NCBI GenBank assembly: GCA_903859815.1
Contig: CAIOOA010000303.1
Location: 4,513-68,512, forward strand
Source: an uncultured Methylococcaceae bacterium
GTDB taxonomy: Bacteria > Pseudomonadota > Gammaproteobacteria > Methylococcales > Methylococcaceae
Length of the DNA stretch: 64,000 nucleotides
Direction: 5' to 3'
Below the pieces are notes generated by a model. That model did not search any database, was not told the DNA's origin, and saw only the letters and a program-made list of their open reading frames with translations. The translations under genes and the position numbers were made by a program. Below are positions 8,712-17,610 of this stretch, piece by piece (position 1 is the stretch's first letter; each line of letters opens with the position of its first letter).

Positions 8712-11579
8712 ATGCGCCCTTCAAGCAATATAGGTATATTTATAAGCTTAAAATGGAAAGCTTTGTTGCTTACAAGTTTAGTATTGCTAATGGTTACAGG
8801 AATTTTTATATCTTCTACTTATTTAGAATTACAAAACCAGTTTAATGAGCGTAGAGAAAATTCGCAAAAGCAATATTCTCTTCAAGTGGAAGCATTGTTG
8901 AAGCAATTTAGTAATCGCTTATTGACCTTAAGCTCATTCATTGCAAATTTACAAACTACTGAGGCAGCATTCGATATCCAACATCAAAAAAAGGCCATTG
9001 AAAAGTTTGATTCTTTAAGTTTTAACTTAGGCTTTAACATGGGAATTGAGGTTGCCACAATAGTAACAGCGGACGGTAAGACAATTGCACAATTGCGCTC
9101 GTCTGATAACACTAAGCTAAACCAAAACATTTATTCTGCTGTAAGCGTAGTTGTCGCAACTGAAAAACCGACCACACTTATTGATTGCTTAAGCAACTGT
9201 CTGGTATACGCTATCGCTCCGGTTTTAAGCCAAAAAGGTGTTGATAGAGGATTAGTAGGTGCGATAGTTATCGCATCCTCTCTGGCTGATGTTATCCGTG
9301 ATTTTCAAAGTGTGTCTGGCACAGATATAGCCATCATAGTTCAGTCTCAATCACCCACCAAAGAGAAGTCACACTGGTTGGAATCTTGGAATAGTAGCAT
9401 TATTGGCTTGACAAATTCAGATAGAAATATAGAGCTTATCCGTAGTTTCTCCAATGAAAAAAAACACATCGATTCGGTTTTCAAAGCAACACAATTTCTT
9501 TACCAAGATAAACAATATCAAATTGTAATACGCCCTTTACCAGACTTAAACTTAACCGACAAAGCTTATTTAGCCATAATTGCCGATATTACCGAAGCCA
9601 TTCAACACATTCACAATTCGACTACCCATAGTATTTTTATTGGTGTTAGTGGCTTTCTTCTTTCTGAAATATTTCTGTTGTTTATCTTATGGTCACCTAT
9701 GTCCAGTCTACGCCGTTCCGCAGAAAATTTACCTCTGCTTGCCGACGGTGAATTCGATAAAGTTCGTATCGCTATTTCCTCAAGTCGTAGTAAAAGGATG
9801 TTTGGTGACGAAGTGGATGTCTTGAATGAAACTACCATATCCTTGACGGATCAACTGGAATCGTTGAATCATGAAGTTGCCAGTAGGATGGAGGAGATTA
9901 TTCGCGAGAAAAATTTCGTCAATAATGTACTTGATACTGCCCAAGCAATAATTCTTACCCAAAATGAAAATCAAGAAATACTTATGATAAACCCTTATGG
10001 TGCTAAAATCATGGGGTACAAGCAAGAAGAATTGCAGGGTCTTCATTTTTCAAAATTACTATTACAACAAAATAAGCAAAACAAAAACATAGATTATATT
10101 AAAGATATAATAACAGGTTTACATGAGCATATTGAATTCGAATGTGACATCCAATGTAAAGATGAAAATATTCTGAATGTTGTTTGGCAACATTCCAAAT
10201 TAAAATCGAAAATTAAGGACGGCCCTGTAATCTTATCCGTAGGAATGGATATTACTGCAAGGAAAAAAGCCGAGATGCGCCTAGCGTGGTTAGCTGATCA
10301 TGATCCATTGACAGGGTTGTACAATCGGCGTCGTTTCGAGAGTGAATTGGAAGATGCCATAGCCTTGGCAAAGCGTTATAGACATTCTGGTGCTTTACTT
10401 TTTTTTGATTTAGATCAATTCAAATATGTGAATGATACAAGTGGTCATGCCGCAGGCGACCGTTTATTAGTTATGCTCAGTAACAAGATACCCCTTCTCC
10501 TCAGAGAGGTTGATATTATTGGACGTCTTGGTGGTGATGAATTTGGAGTGATACTAAGCCATGCCAATGCTGCTGTCGCCATACAGGTGGCTAAGAAAAT
10601 TCTCAATCATATTAGAGATACTGAATTTCAAGTAGGGGATAGGGTTCACAAAATTTCTGCAAGCATTGGTATTGCTCTTTTCCCTGAACATGGCAGTGAT
10701 GTTCAGGATTTATTAGCCCGCACCGATCTTGCAATGTATCATGTTAAAGAAAGTGGCAGAGGTGGATGGTATTTATTATCTACTAATGACGATAGCCATC
10801 GAATCATGCAAGAACGGGTTTTGTGGAAACAGCGGATGGAAATTGCGCTTGCAGAAAACTTATTTGTTCTGTATGTACAACCTATAGTGAATATCAAAAG
10901 TGGGCTGACCAGTCACTATGAGGTTTTGTTACGCATGAGAGGAGAGGGGACAACTCTCATTGCGCCATCTCATTTCATTGAAATTGCGGAACATACCGGA
11001 CTCATTCACACACTAGACCGAATGGTTTTGTCGCAAGCTGCTTTTCAGCTTGCCTTGCTAAACGACCTTGGCAAGGATATAACCCTAACAATAAACCTAT
11101 CCGGCCACGCATTCACCGATCCTGAATTGTTAAATCATATTAAAAAGGTGATCCATCAAAACAAGCTAAATCCCAAACAAATTATTTTTGAAATGACGGA
11201 AACGGCTGCCGTTACTGATTTTGACTCAGTGCTAGAATTAATGAAATCGATCAATTCAATTGGTTGTCTATTTGCTTTGGATGATTTTGGAACTGGGTTT
11301 TCTTCTTTCTCTTACTTACGCCAGTTGCCATTTGAGTATATAAAAATTGACGGTTCGTTCATTCGCAATCTACGGACTAGGCCCGACGACCAAGTATTGG
11401 TTAAAGCCATTGCTGATATTGCTTTTGCTTTTAATAAAAAGACGATTGCTGAGCAAGTTGAAGATGCTGAAACACTTGATTATTTAAAAGAGATTGGAAT
11501 TGATTACTCTCAAGGTTTTTACACAGGTAGACCCATGGAAATAATGGAAGCATTCCGTCTAATTGGATTGGACAGTTAA
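8712..11579 (+). CDS. membrane sensor PAS-GGDEF-EAL protein (c-di-GMP turnover)
   Basis: 955 aa. Two TM segments flank a periplasmic domain of about 290 aa. PAS region, then RLGGDEFGV (GGDEF), then YEVLLR...DDFGTGFSS...EQVED (EAL). Confidence 0.88.
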   Translation: MRPSSNIGIFISLKWKALLLTSLVLLMVTGIFISSTYLELQNQFNERRENSQKQYSLQVEALLKQFSNRLLTLSSFIANLQTTEAAFDIQHQKKAIEKFDSLSFNLGFNMGIEVATIVTADGKTIAQLRSSDNTKLNQNIYSAVSVVVATEKPTTLIDCLSNCLVYAIAPVLSQKGVDRGLVGAIVIASSLADVIRDFQSVSGTDIAIIVQSQSPTKEKSHWLESWNSSIIGLTNSDRNIELIRSFSNEKKHIDSVFKATQFLYQDKQYQIVIRPLPDLNLTDKAYLAIIADITEAIQHIHNSTTHSIFIGVSGFLLSEIFLLFILWSPMSSLRRSAENLPLLADGEFDKVRIAISSSRSKRMFGDEVDVLNETTISLTDQLESLNHEVASRMEEIIREKNFVNNVLDTAQAIILTQNENQEILMINPYGAKIMGYKQEELQGLHFSKLLLQQNKQNKNIDYIKDIITGLHEHIEFECDIQCKDENILNVVWQHSKLKSKIKDGPVILSVGMDITARKKAEMRLAWLADHDPLTGLYNRRRFESELEDAIALAKRYRHSGALLFFDLDQFKYVNDTSGHAAGDRLLVMLSNKIPLLLREVDIIGRLGGDEFGVILSHANAAVAIQVAKKILNHIRDTEFQVGDRVHKISASIGIALFPEHGSDVQDLLARTDLAMYHVKESGRGGWYLLSTNDDSHRIMQERVLWKQRMEIALAENLFVLYVQPIVNIKSGLTSHYEVLLRMRGEGTTLIAPSHFIEIAEHTGLIHTLDRMVLSQAAFQLALLNDLGKDITLTINLSGHAFTDPELLNHIKKVIHQNKLNPKQIIFEMTETAAVTDFDSVLELMKSINSIGCLFALDDFGTGFSSFSYLRQLPFEYIKIDGSFIRNLRTRPDDQVLVKAIADIAFAFNKKTIAEQVEDAETLDYLKEIGIDYSQGFYTGRPMEIMEAFRLIGLDS

Positions 11580-11608
11580 CCCAATAGCCAGCCTAGGGAA
11601 GGCATGTC

Positions 11609-12847
11609 TTATCCGATTGACTGCAATATCAGTGAAAAATATTGGTTTGGTTCTATTCCAAAATCACTTGGTCGATGTACGGATGCAATCCGATAGGGAC
11701 GACCTTGATCGTCAACTTTCTTCTCTCCCAAATCAACGAATCTCTGGCATGGTTCCCTATGGTTGTCGCGCACGACTAAGACCTGAGGATGTTGACGATT
11801 TAATGGATCTGAGTTCACTACAATTGCCACCTCTTTGGAAGTAAGCTCAACTATGGAACCGGGCGGATAACCCCCTAGATATGAGATTAGCAGAGAACAA
11901 AGCCTCTCGTCGATTTTCTTTTCCTTGGCTAAATGGTTTAGTATGTAAATCGCCCTGAAATGATCCTTTGCCGGTCGAAATGGCATAGTGCTAGTGATTG
12001 CATCGTACTTGTCCACCACGCCCACTATTTTGCAAAACATACTGAGTTGATCACCTTGCAAACCCCGAGGATAGCCACTGCCGTCTAAATTTTCATGATG
12101 ACCATAAGCTACATCCGCAGTACCCAATGACAATGACCCACTAGACATGATAATGTCACGCCCTGCTTGGCTATGTCTTTGAATGATCGCATGTTCCTCG
12201 TCAGTCAGTTTACTTGTTTTGTTTAGTATGTCTTCAGGAATCAATACTTTTCCCATATCATGAAGAAGCGCACTGATTGCCAAATTATGCAATTGTTTAT
12301 GTGTGAGATTTAGCAGATTACCGATAAGCAGGGAATATACGCAACAGTTGAAAGCCTCTTGCCCCCTCAGCCCATCTTTGCTACGCAGTTGTACAAGGAA
12401 TATCATCAGTTCAGGATTGCGAAGCATAATGTCTACGCACTCATGGGCCGCGTCTTTAGCTAGATGTATATCAGGACTCATACCATATCGGATTTCATCC
12501 CAGAACGTATTGACTAGATTTGTGGTCTGCTTTCGAATGGTTTCTGCATTCTCAATTTCGTCAAGCAAAAAGGTTTTCCCTTTTTTGTTTAGTATTGAAC
12601 CAGAAGGCAACTGGTCTATGATGACATTCTCCACCTTGCTGCGATCTACGTCGATATGAACATACTCGCAATATTGTATCACCTCATTGATCAACTCCTC
12701 ACTCTCCACTGCAAAGCCTTGAAGTGGAAATGGGGTTTCCAGCCATGGCCGATCAATCTCGCATATAAACATTCCTTTTTTTAGGTCGCTGACGTGTAGC
12801 TTGACCTTCTCTAGTTTCCGATTGTTAATTGATATGTTATCTGACAC
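11609..12847 (-). CDS. HD-GYP domain c-di-GMP phosphodiesterase-like protein
   Basis: 412 aa. LLHDMGK and HHENLDGSGYPRGL motifs. N-terminal DUF3391-like region. Confidence 0.85.
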   Translation of the reverse strand: MSDNISINNRKLEKVKLHVSDLKKGMFICEIDRPWLETPFPLQGFAVESEELINEVIQYCEYVHIDVDRSKVENVIIDQLPSGSILNKKGKTFLLDEIENAETIRKQTTNLVNTFWDEIRYGMSPDIHLAKDAAHECVDIMLRNPELMIFLVQLRSKDGLRGQEAFNCCVYSLLIGNLLNLTHKQLHNLAISALLHDMGKVLIPEDILNKTSKLTDEEHAIIQRHSQAGRDIIMSSGSLSLGTADVAYGHHENLDGSGYPRGLQGDQLSMFCKIVGVVDKYDAITSTMPFRPAKDHFRAIYILNHLAKEKKIDERLCSLLISYLGGYPPGSIVELTSKEVAIVVNSDPLNRQHPQVLVVRDNHREPCQRFVDLGEKKVDDQGRPYRIASVHRPSDFGIEPNQYFSLILQSIG

Positions 12848-13067
12848 GGCGATCTCACATGGTTACACTGGAAATATATGCAGATAATATTCGAATATCT
12901 ATACTGTTGTTACTAAATATAAATATTCTATATTGCCTAAGATACTATATTTATTGAAGCAAAGGCTTTATGTTATATTTGCTGCGCTATAGTTTAAATT
13001 TTCCCTAGAACATTATGCAAAACCAGCACTCCATTTTCAAGATATTTTTAATGGAATCTGATCATGT

Positions 13068-15539
13068 TTATCCCTTTGGTTTAGGCTTAATCCCAGACAC
13101 TGGATTGTGAGTGTTTTCTGCAACAACGGACACTTGAAGCAGTGAATCCCTATCAAAATGGATGTCCCGTTGCGGGAAAGGAATCGAAATACCTGCTTTG
13201 CTCAAGGCATCAACGATCATGCAGCGTAAATCGCTCATCACCTGCGAGGAGCTGACTTTAGGACCCATTTTCAACCAGAAATACAAACCAAACACTAATG
13301 CATTGTCGCCGAAATCCTCCAGCCACACAAACGGCTCAGGATCATCCAGTATCTGACCGTGACGCTCGGCACAATCTAGCAATAGTTGGATCACTTCACG
13401 TGGGGAAGTGCCATACGCGACTCCAATACGAACCGAACGCCGAATGTTCGGATTGGTGTACGTCCAATTAGTCACTTTGCTTTCGAGGAATGTCGAGTTT
13501 GGAATCATCGTCTCCACTCCGTCGAATCCGTGGACAGTGGAGGACCGGATGTCTATTTCGGTAATTGTGCCAACGATATTATCCACTTCTACGACATCTC
13601 CCACTTTGATTTTATGTTCAAGCAGGATCATCACGCCGCTGATCAGATTTTTCAACATCGTTTGAGTTCCAAAACCGACACCGATAGCCAATGCACCCCC
13701 TAAAAACGCAAAAGCTGTCAATGGGATTCTGGCAAATGTTAACACCACGACTAATAAAATGAGCGACAAGGCTATCAATACCCATCGCCTCAGCACATTC
13801 GACTGGACTTCATCAATTCCGAAACGGAATACCAACATTCGCTGGAATCTCCGGGCAAGCCATTTGGCAAACCAGAAACCAATGATAAAAACTGCAAAGG
13901 CACTAAAAAATTTTCCTATGGTCACACCCCGGGTGATGCTGACTTTCTTGCCCTCAAAATCGACTTCATCGTCCACCGTGAACAATTCGAACTTATACAG
14001 TTGTTGCATGAAATTGACTGAGTCTTGAAGCTGTTCCTTGAACTTGTCCGAAACCGGCCTTTCCTTCAACTTCGATTTGTAGTCATTAAGCCACCGTGCA
14101 AGCATATGCTCGGTCCGGTCTGCAATTAGACGGATGCGCTCGGCAGATTGGCGCTTCAGTCGATAAGCCTCCAAAACCTGAGTTTCATAATGGCGTAAGG
14201 GTGATTCTTTGCCAATGCCGTCTAGTTTCGTCTGCTGGTTATACTCTTCGCTGACCGCCAACCTGAGGGTGTCCTGGGTAAAGGAACCCCATTGCTGTAG
14301 GCGTTCATAATCTCGTACCAACTGGTTGAACGTATTTTGCCGGATCTTGGGATCAGTCGTGGTTAGCAGGGTATATTGGTAGCTCCAAAATTCCTCAATA
14401 TGGCTATTGAAAACCACCAAGGTTCCTAATGTCTCAGTTTGTTGGCTGGTTGCAGAAACCCACGCATTGGCTGCACGCAAACGGGCATCAAGTATTTCCA
14501 TGCGCAAGCTATCTATGGCTGGGGCTTCCGCTTTCTCTGCATCGGCTTTGGCTGTTTCTATTTCCCTAACAATGGCATCTCGTTCTTTGTTCCATCGAGT
14601 GTTTTCGGATACGGACTTTTGCTGCTCCATTTCAAGCGCCTTTGTACTTAACCTCAGGCCGTCCCGGACTTTATCCAAGTCAGCATCGCTAAGTAAAGCT
14701 TGAGAGGCAGCTTGTTTGATTTTTTTCTCCAATAATACGAACTCAGCTTTGGTCGCTGCTAGTTTGGCATTCACTAGCCTTGCTTGGATTTCATTAAACC
14801 AAACCTTGCGCTCTGCATTGCGCACCCGCCATTCAGCGAAATCCTTCAGCCAGATTGCTTTGGCAGCGTCATCTGGGCTGTTGGCACGATCTACCGTCTC
14901 AGTTGCCGACCGCAAGGATGCATTGGCCCGAGACACTTCAGATTGGAGATTGGTGGAGTCCGTCTGCCAGCTTGCCAATGAAGATTCCAACACTGCCTGT
15001 TTGCCCCGCAATGCCTCCGCTTCCTCTTCCAAACCATACAACATCAACATTGAATAGGGCGGAGGAGTGGCGAAACCGGTCCATTTCTGGATTTGGGTTT
15101 CAATCGTTTTCAGTTTTTCCCGCTCAATATCCACTGCGTTTAGACTATTGAGTCCCTCTTGGTAAAAAAAGATCAGACTTTCGATCAATCGTCTCCTTTC
15201 GGTCACTTCTTCGGGTTTGATTCCTACGGGTGCTTTTGTGTCATAATTGCCGCCATCCAGTCGGTCACGGTAAGCTTGGATTTCATCAAGCCGCCGTTTG
15301 AGTTCTTCACGTATCTCTTCTGGCGACGGTGAAGCCTCTGCTTTTTTATTGTCTTTGTTGGCCGAAAGCATCTCTACCGGACTCAAGGCAGCATAAGCCA
15401 TTGGGTTGTTCAGCAACAGGGAGGCCAACATGACGATAGCCAATGTCATTCGACAAGCAGGACTCAAGTGACTGAGGTAGTCGTTTAGTGTGTGCGGCAT
15501 TTCCGCCAAATTGAACATTTGTGTGGGATGGACTTTCAT
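13068..15539 (-). CDS. large MscS-family mechanosensitive channel (MscK/MscM-like)
   Basis: 823 aa. Long coiled-coil periplasmic N-region, multiple TM segments, and a C-terminal MscS core (GDVVEVDNIVGTITEIDIRSSTV). The true start may be an internal Met (MTLAIVMLASLLL). Confidence 0.85.
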   Translation of the reverse strand: MKVHPTQMFNLAEMPHTLNDYLSHLSPACRMTLAIVMLASLLLNNPMAYAALSPVEMLSANKDNKKAEASPSPEEIREELKRRLDEIQAYRDRLDGGNYDTKAPVGIKPEEVTERRRLIESLIFFYQEGLNSLNAVDIEREKLKTIETQIQKWTGFATPPPYSMLMLYGLEEEAEALRGKQAVLESSLASWQTDSTNLQSEVSRANASLRSATETVDRANSPDDAAKAIWLKDFAEWRVRNAERKVWFNEIQARLVNAKLAATKAEFVLLEKKIKQAASQALLSDADLDKVRDGLRLSTKALEMEQQKSVSENTRWNKERDAIVREIETAKADAEKAEAPAIDSLRMEILDARLRAANAWVSATSQQTETLGTLVVFNSHIEEFWSYQYTLLTTTDPKIRQNTFNQLVRDYERLQQWGSFTQDTLRLAVSEEYNQQTKLDGIGKESPLRHYETQVLEAYRLKRQSAERIRLIADRTEHMLARWLNDYKSKLKERPVSDKFKEQLQDSVNFMQQLYKFELFTVDDEVDFEGKKVSITRGVTIGKFFSAFAVFIIGFWFAKWLARRFQRMLVFRFGIDEVQSNVLRRWVLIALSLILLVVVLTFARIPLTAFAFLGGALAIGVGFGTQTMLKNLISGVMILLEHKIKVGDVVEVDNIVGTITEIDIRSSTVHGFDGVETMIPNSTFLESKVTNWTYTNPNIRRSVRIGVAYGTSPREVIQLLLDCAERHGQILDDPEPFVWLEDFGDNALVFGLYFWLKMGPKVSSSQVMSDLRCMIVDALSKAGISIPFPQRDIHFDRDSLLQVSVVAENTHNPVSGIKPKPKG

Positions 15540-15578
15540 AGTGCGGTAAATTTTTTCAAGTTGGAGAGCCTTTGTTTA

Positions 15579-16655
15579 ATGAAAATTTCTTATTCCCTCG
15601 AATCTAACTCAAAAGAAGGATTTCCGCTACTGCGTCGTGGCTTTGAATACGGATGGATCACAGCGGCTGCCCGGCCTTCAATGCCCAGCGCTTCGGAGGT
15701 GAGCAAGGCTTGGCACAATCACGAACCCATTTTCTTGCCTGCCATTCTGGACGATACTTTACCGCTTTACCAGTCAGAATTGGCCCAGGCCAATCTTTTA
15801 ATGGAACAGATCAGGCAAGGTGCCGAGTTATCCGAGGTTTTGGAAACTGAAGCCTACGACAGTCGATTGCAACCTGCTTTCGAATTGTCGGGCGCTAGTT
15901 TTGAAGACAACGACGAGCAAGCCATCGAAAAAGTGATCTTTGATTGCTGGGAAAACGATGAAATGGTTGCCGACAATTTGTGGTGCAAGGCATCTTGGCT
16001 GTCTTTTGACGAGGAAGACGGTAGCCTAAGATTCCGCTTTTCATTCGGTTACGAAGGATATGAAGATGTGGCAGCCGACCCTGTCAGGCAAGGTCTGGCC
16101 GCAAAATTGACGGATACCATATTCCCGGAATCGGCGGCAGTCACCACTCACCCCACATTGAACACCATTTTGCAAACGATGTTGAATTGTAGTCGGGTTG
16201 GATTCATGGAGCGCATTGTTTATTTCAATGCACCCAACGGCGGTGCGCAAATGCATCATGATGTGGAACGTGGCCATGAGGGTGTGGTGTTTGCCCAGAT
16301 GAATGGTTCGACATTTTGGCTGGCATTGTCCAAACCGAAACTGATGGATGAAATCGAAGCATTTTTGGCGCGAGCCCCGTCTGATCAGTGGTCACATTTG
16401 CGTAAGCTTGCCTCTGATCGACAGGCTTTGTCGGACTATCTCGAAGATCGCGATCATGAATGGGCCGAGGAGTTGATCGATCGCACCCCTGCATTTTTCC
16501 AGCATTTGATCGAAGGTGGCTATGCCTATGTCCTTGAGCCGGGGGATGTATTGCTGATGCCACAACAGTCCCTGGAAACATGCGTCTGGCATTCGGTTAT
16601 TTGTTTGGGCGATGAAACCGGCGAGGGATTAAGTTTTGCCATTAAAAAGCTTTAG
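15579..16655 (+). CDS. hypothetical protein with cupin/JmjC-like motifs
   Basis: 358 aa from the ATG at 15579. MHHDVERGHEGVVFAQMNGSTFWLAL (HxD ... Q..G.K.W-like) and LEPGDVLLMPQQSLETCVWHSV (PGD...P...H-like). Confidence 0.45.
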   Translation: MKISYSLESNSKEGFPLLRRGFEYGWITAAARPSMPSASEVSKAWHNHEPIFLPAILDDTLPLYQSELAQANLLMEQIRQGAELSEVLETEAYDSRLQPAFELSGASFEDNDEQAIEKVIFDCWENDEMVADNLWCKASWLSFDEEDGSLRFRFSFGYEGYEDVAADPVRQGLAAKLTDTIFPESAAVTTHPTLNTILQTMLNCSRVGFMERIVYFNAPNGGAQMHHDVERGHEGVVFAQMNGSTFWLALSKPKLMDEIEAFLARAPSDQWSHLRKLASDRQALSDYLEDRDHEWAEELIDRTPAFFQHLIEGGYAYVLEPGDVLLMPQQSLETCVWHSVICLGDETGEGLSFAIKKL

Positions 16656-16727
16656 CATTGGTTGAACGTATCCTTCAGCACCTTCGCCTTCATTTAACCT
16701 TCATAGCCATCCGGGACATCAACTCCG

Positions 16728-17597
16728 ATGATGAAAAACTTAACCGAACACCTTTTTTCCCTGCCCCAGTACATTCTTCCCCATCACATCCTGTCTAGGG
16801 CCATGCATCGCCTTGCTCGTTGTGAAAACCAAGTCTGGAAAAATACCTTCATCAACAGCATAGTGCGTATTTATGGTGTTGATATGAGTGAGGCTGCGGA
16901 ATCGGACCCAAATGCCTATCCCAGCTTCAATGCCTTTTTCACCCGCGCACTAAAATCGGGCGTCCGTCCGCTTAGCCCTGAATCCGATGCGTTGCTTTGT
17001 CCGGCAGACGGGGCGATAAGCCAAATCGGCGACATAAGGGCTGGTCGCATTTTCCAGGCGAAGGGCAAGTATTTCAGTGCCGCCGAATTGCTGGGCGGGG
17101 ACACAGAACTGGCGAAACCCTTTGAAAACGGCAAATTTGCAACAATCTATCTGTCCCCTAAGGACTATCATCGGCTGCACATGCCACTGGATGGAACACT
17201 CCGCGAGATGGTGCATGTGCCGGGGCGATTGTTTAGTGTGAACGCCGCAACAGCCAATACCGTGCCAAATTTGTTTGCCCGCAATGAAAGAGTCGCGGCG
17301 ATTTTTGATACCGAAGTCGGACCCATGGCGCTGGTGCTAGTGGGTGCGATTTTTGTCGCAAGCATCGAAACTGTTTGGCACGGAGAGGTGACACCTCCCA
17401 CTGTCGCCGAAGTTAGAACATGGACTTATAGCGGTGATTCACCCAAGCTTGCCAAAGGCGAAGAAATGGGCCGCTTTAACATGGGTTCCACGATCATAGT
17501 GATGTTGGGTGAACAGGCTGTGGCTTGGGAAAATGCGCTTAAAGCCGGTGACAAGGTAAGGCTTAGGCAAACCCTGGGGCATTTGGCTAAAGGGTAA
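16728..17597 (+). CDS. psd: phosphatidylserine decarboxylase proenzyme
   Basis: 289 aa. Conserved YLSPKDYHRLHMP and the self-cleavage region FNMGSTIIV. Confidence 0.93.
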   Translation: MMKNLTEHLFSLPQYILPHHILSRAMHRLARCENQVWKNTFINSIVRIYGVDMSEAAESDPNAYPSFNAFFTRALKSGVRPLSPESDALLCPADGAISQIGDIRAGRIFQAKGKYFSAAELLGGDTELAKPFENGKFATIYLSPKDYHRLHMPLDGTLREMVHVPGRLFSVNAATANTVPNLFARNERVAAIFDTEVGPMALVLVGAIFVASIETVWHGEVTPPTVAEVRTWTYSGDSPKLAKGEEMGRFNMGSTIIVMLGEQAVAWENALKAGDKVRLRQTLGHLAKG

Positions 17598-17610
17598 GAA
17601 CTTGAATCCG

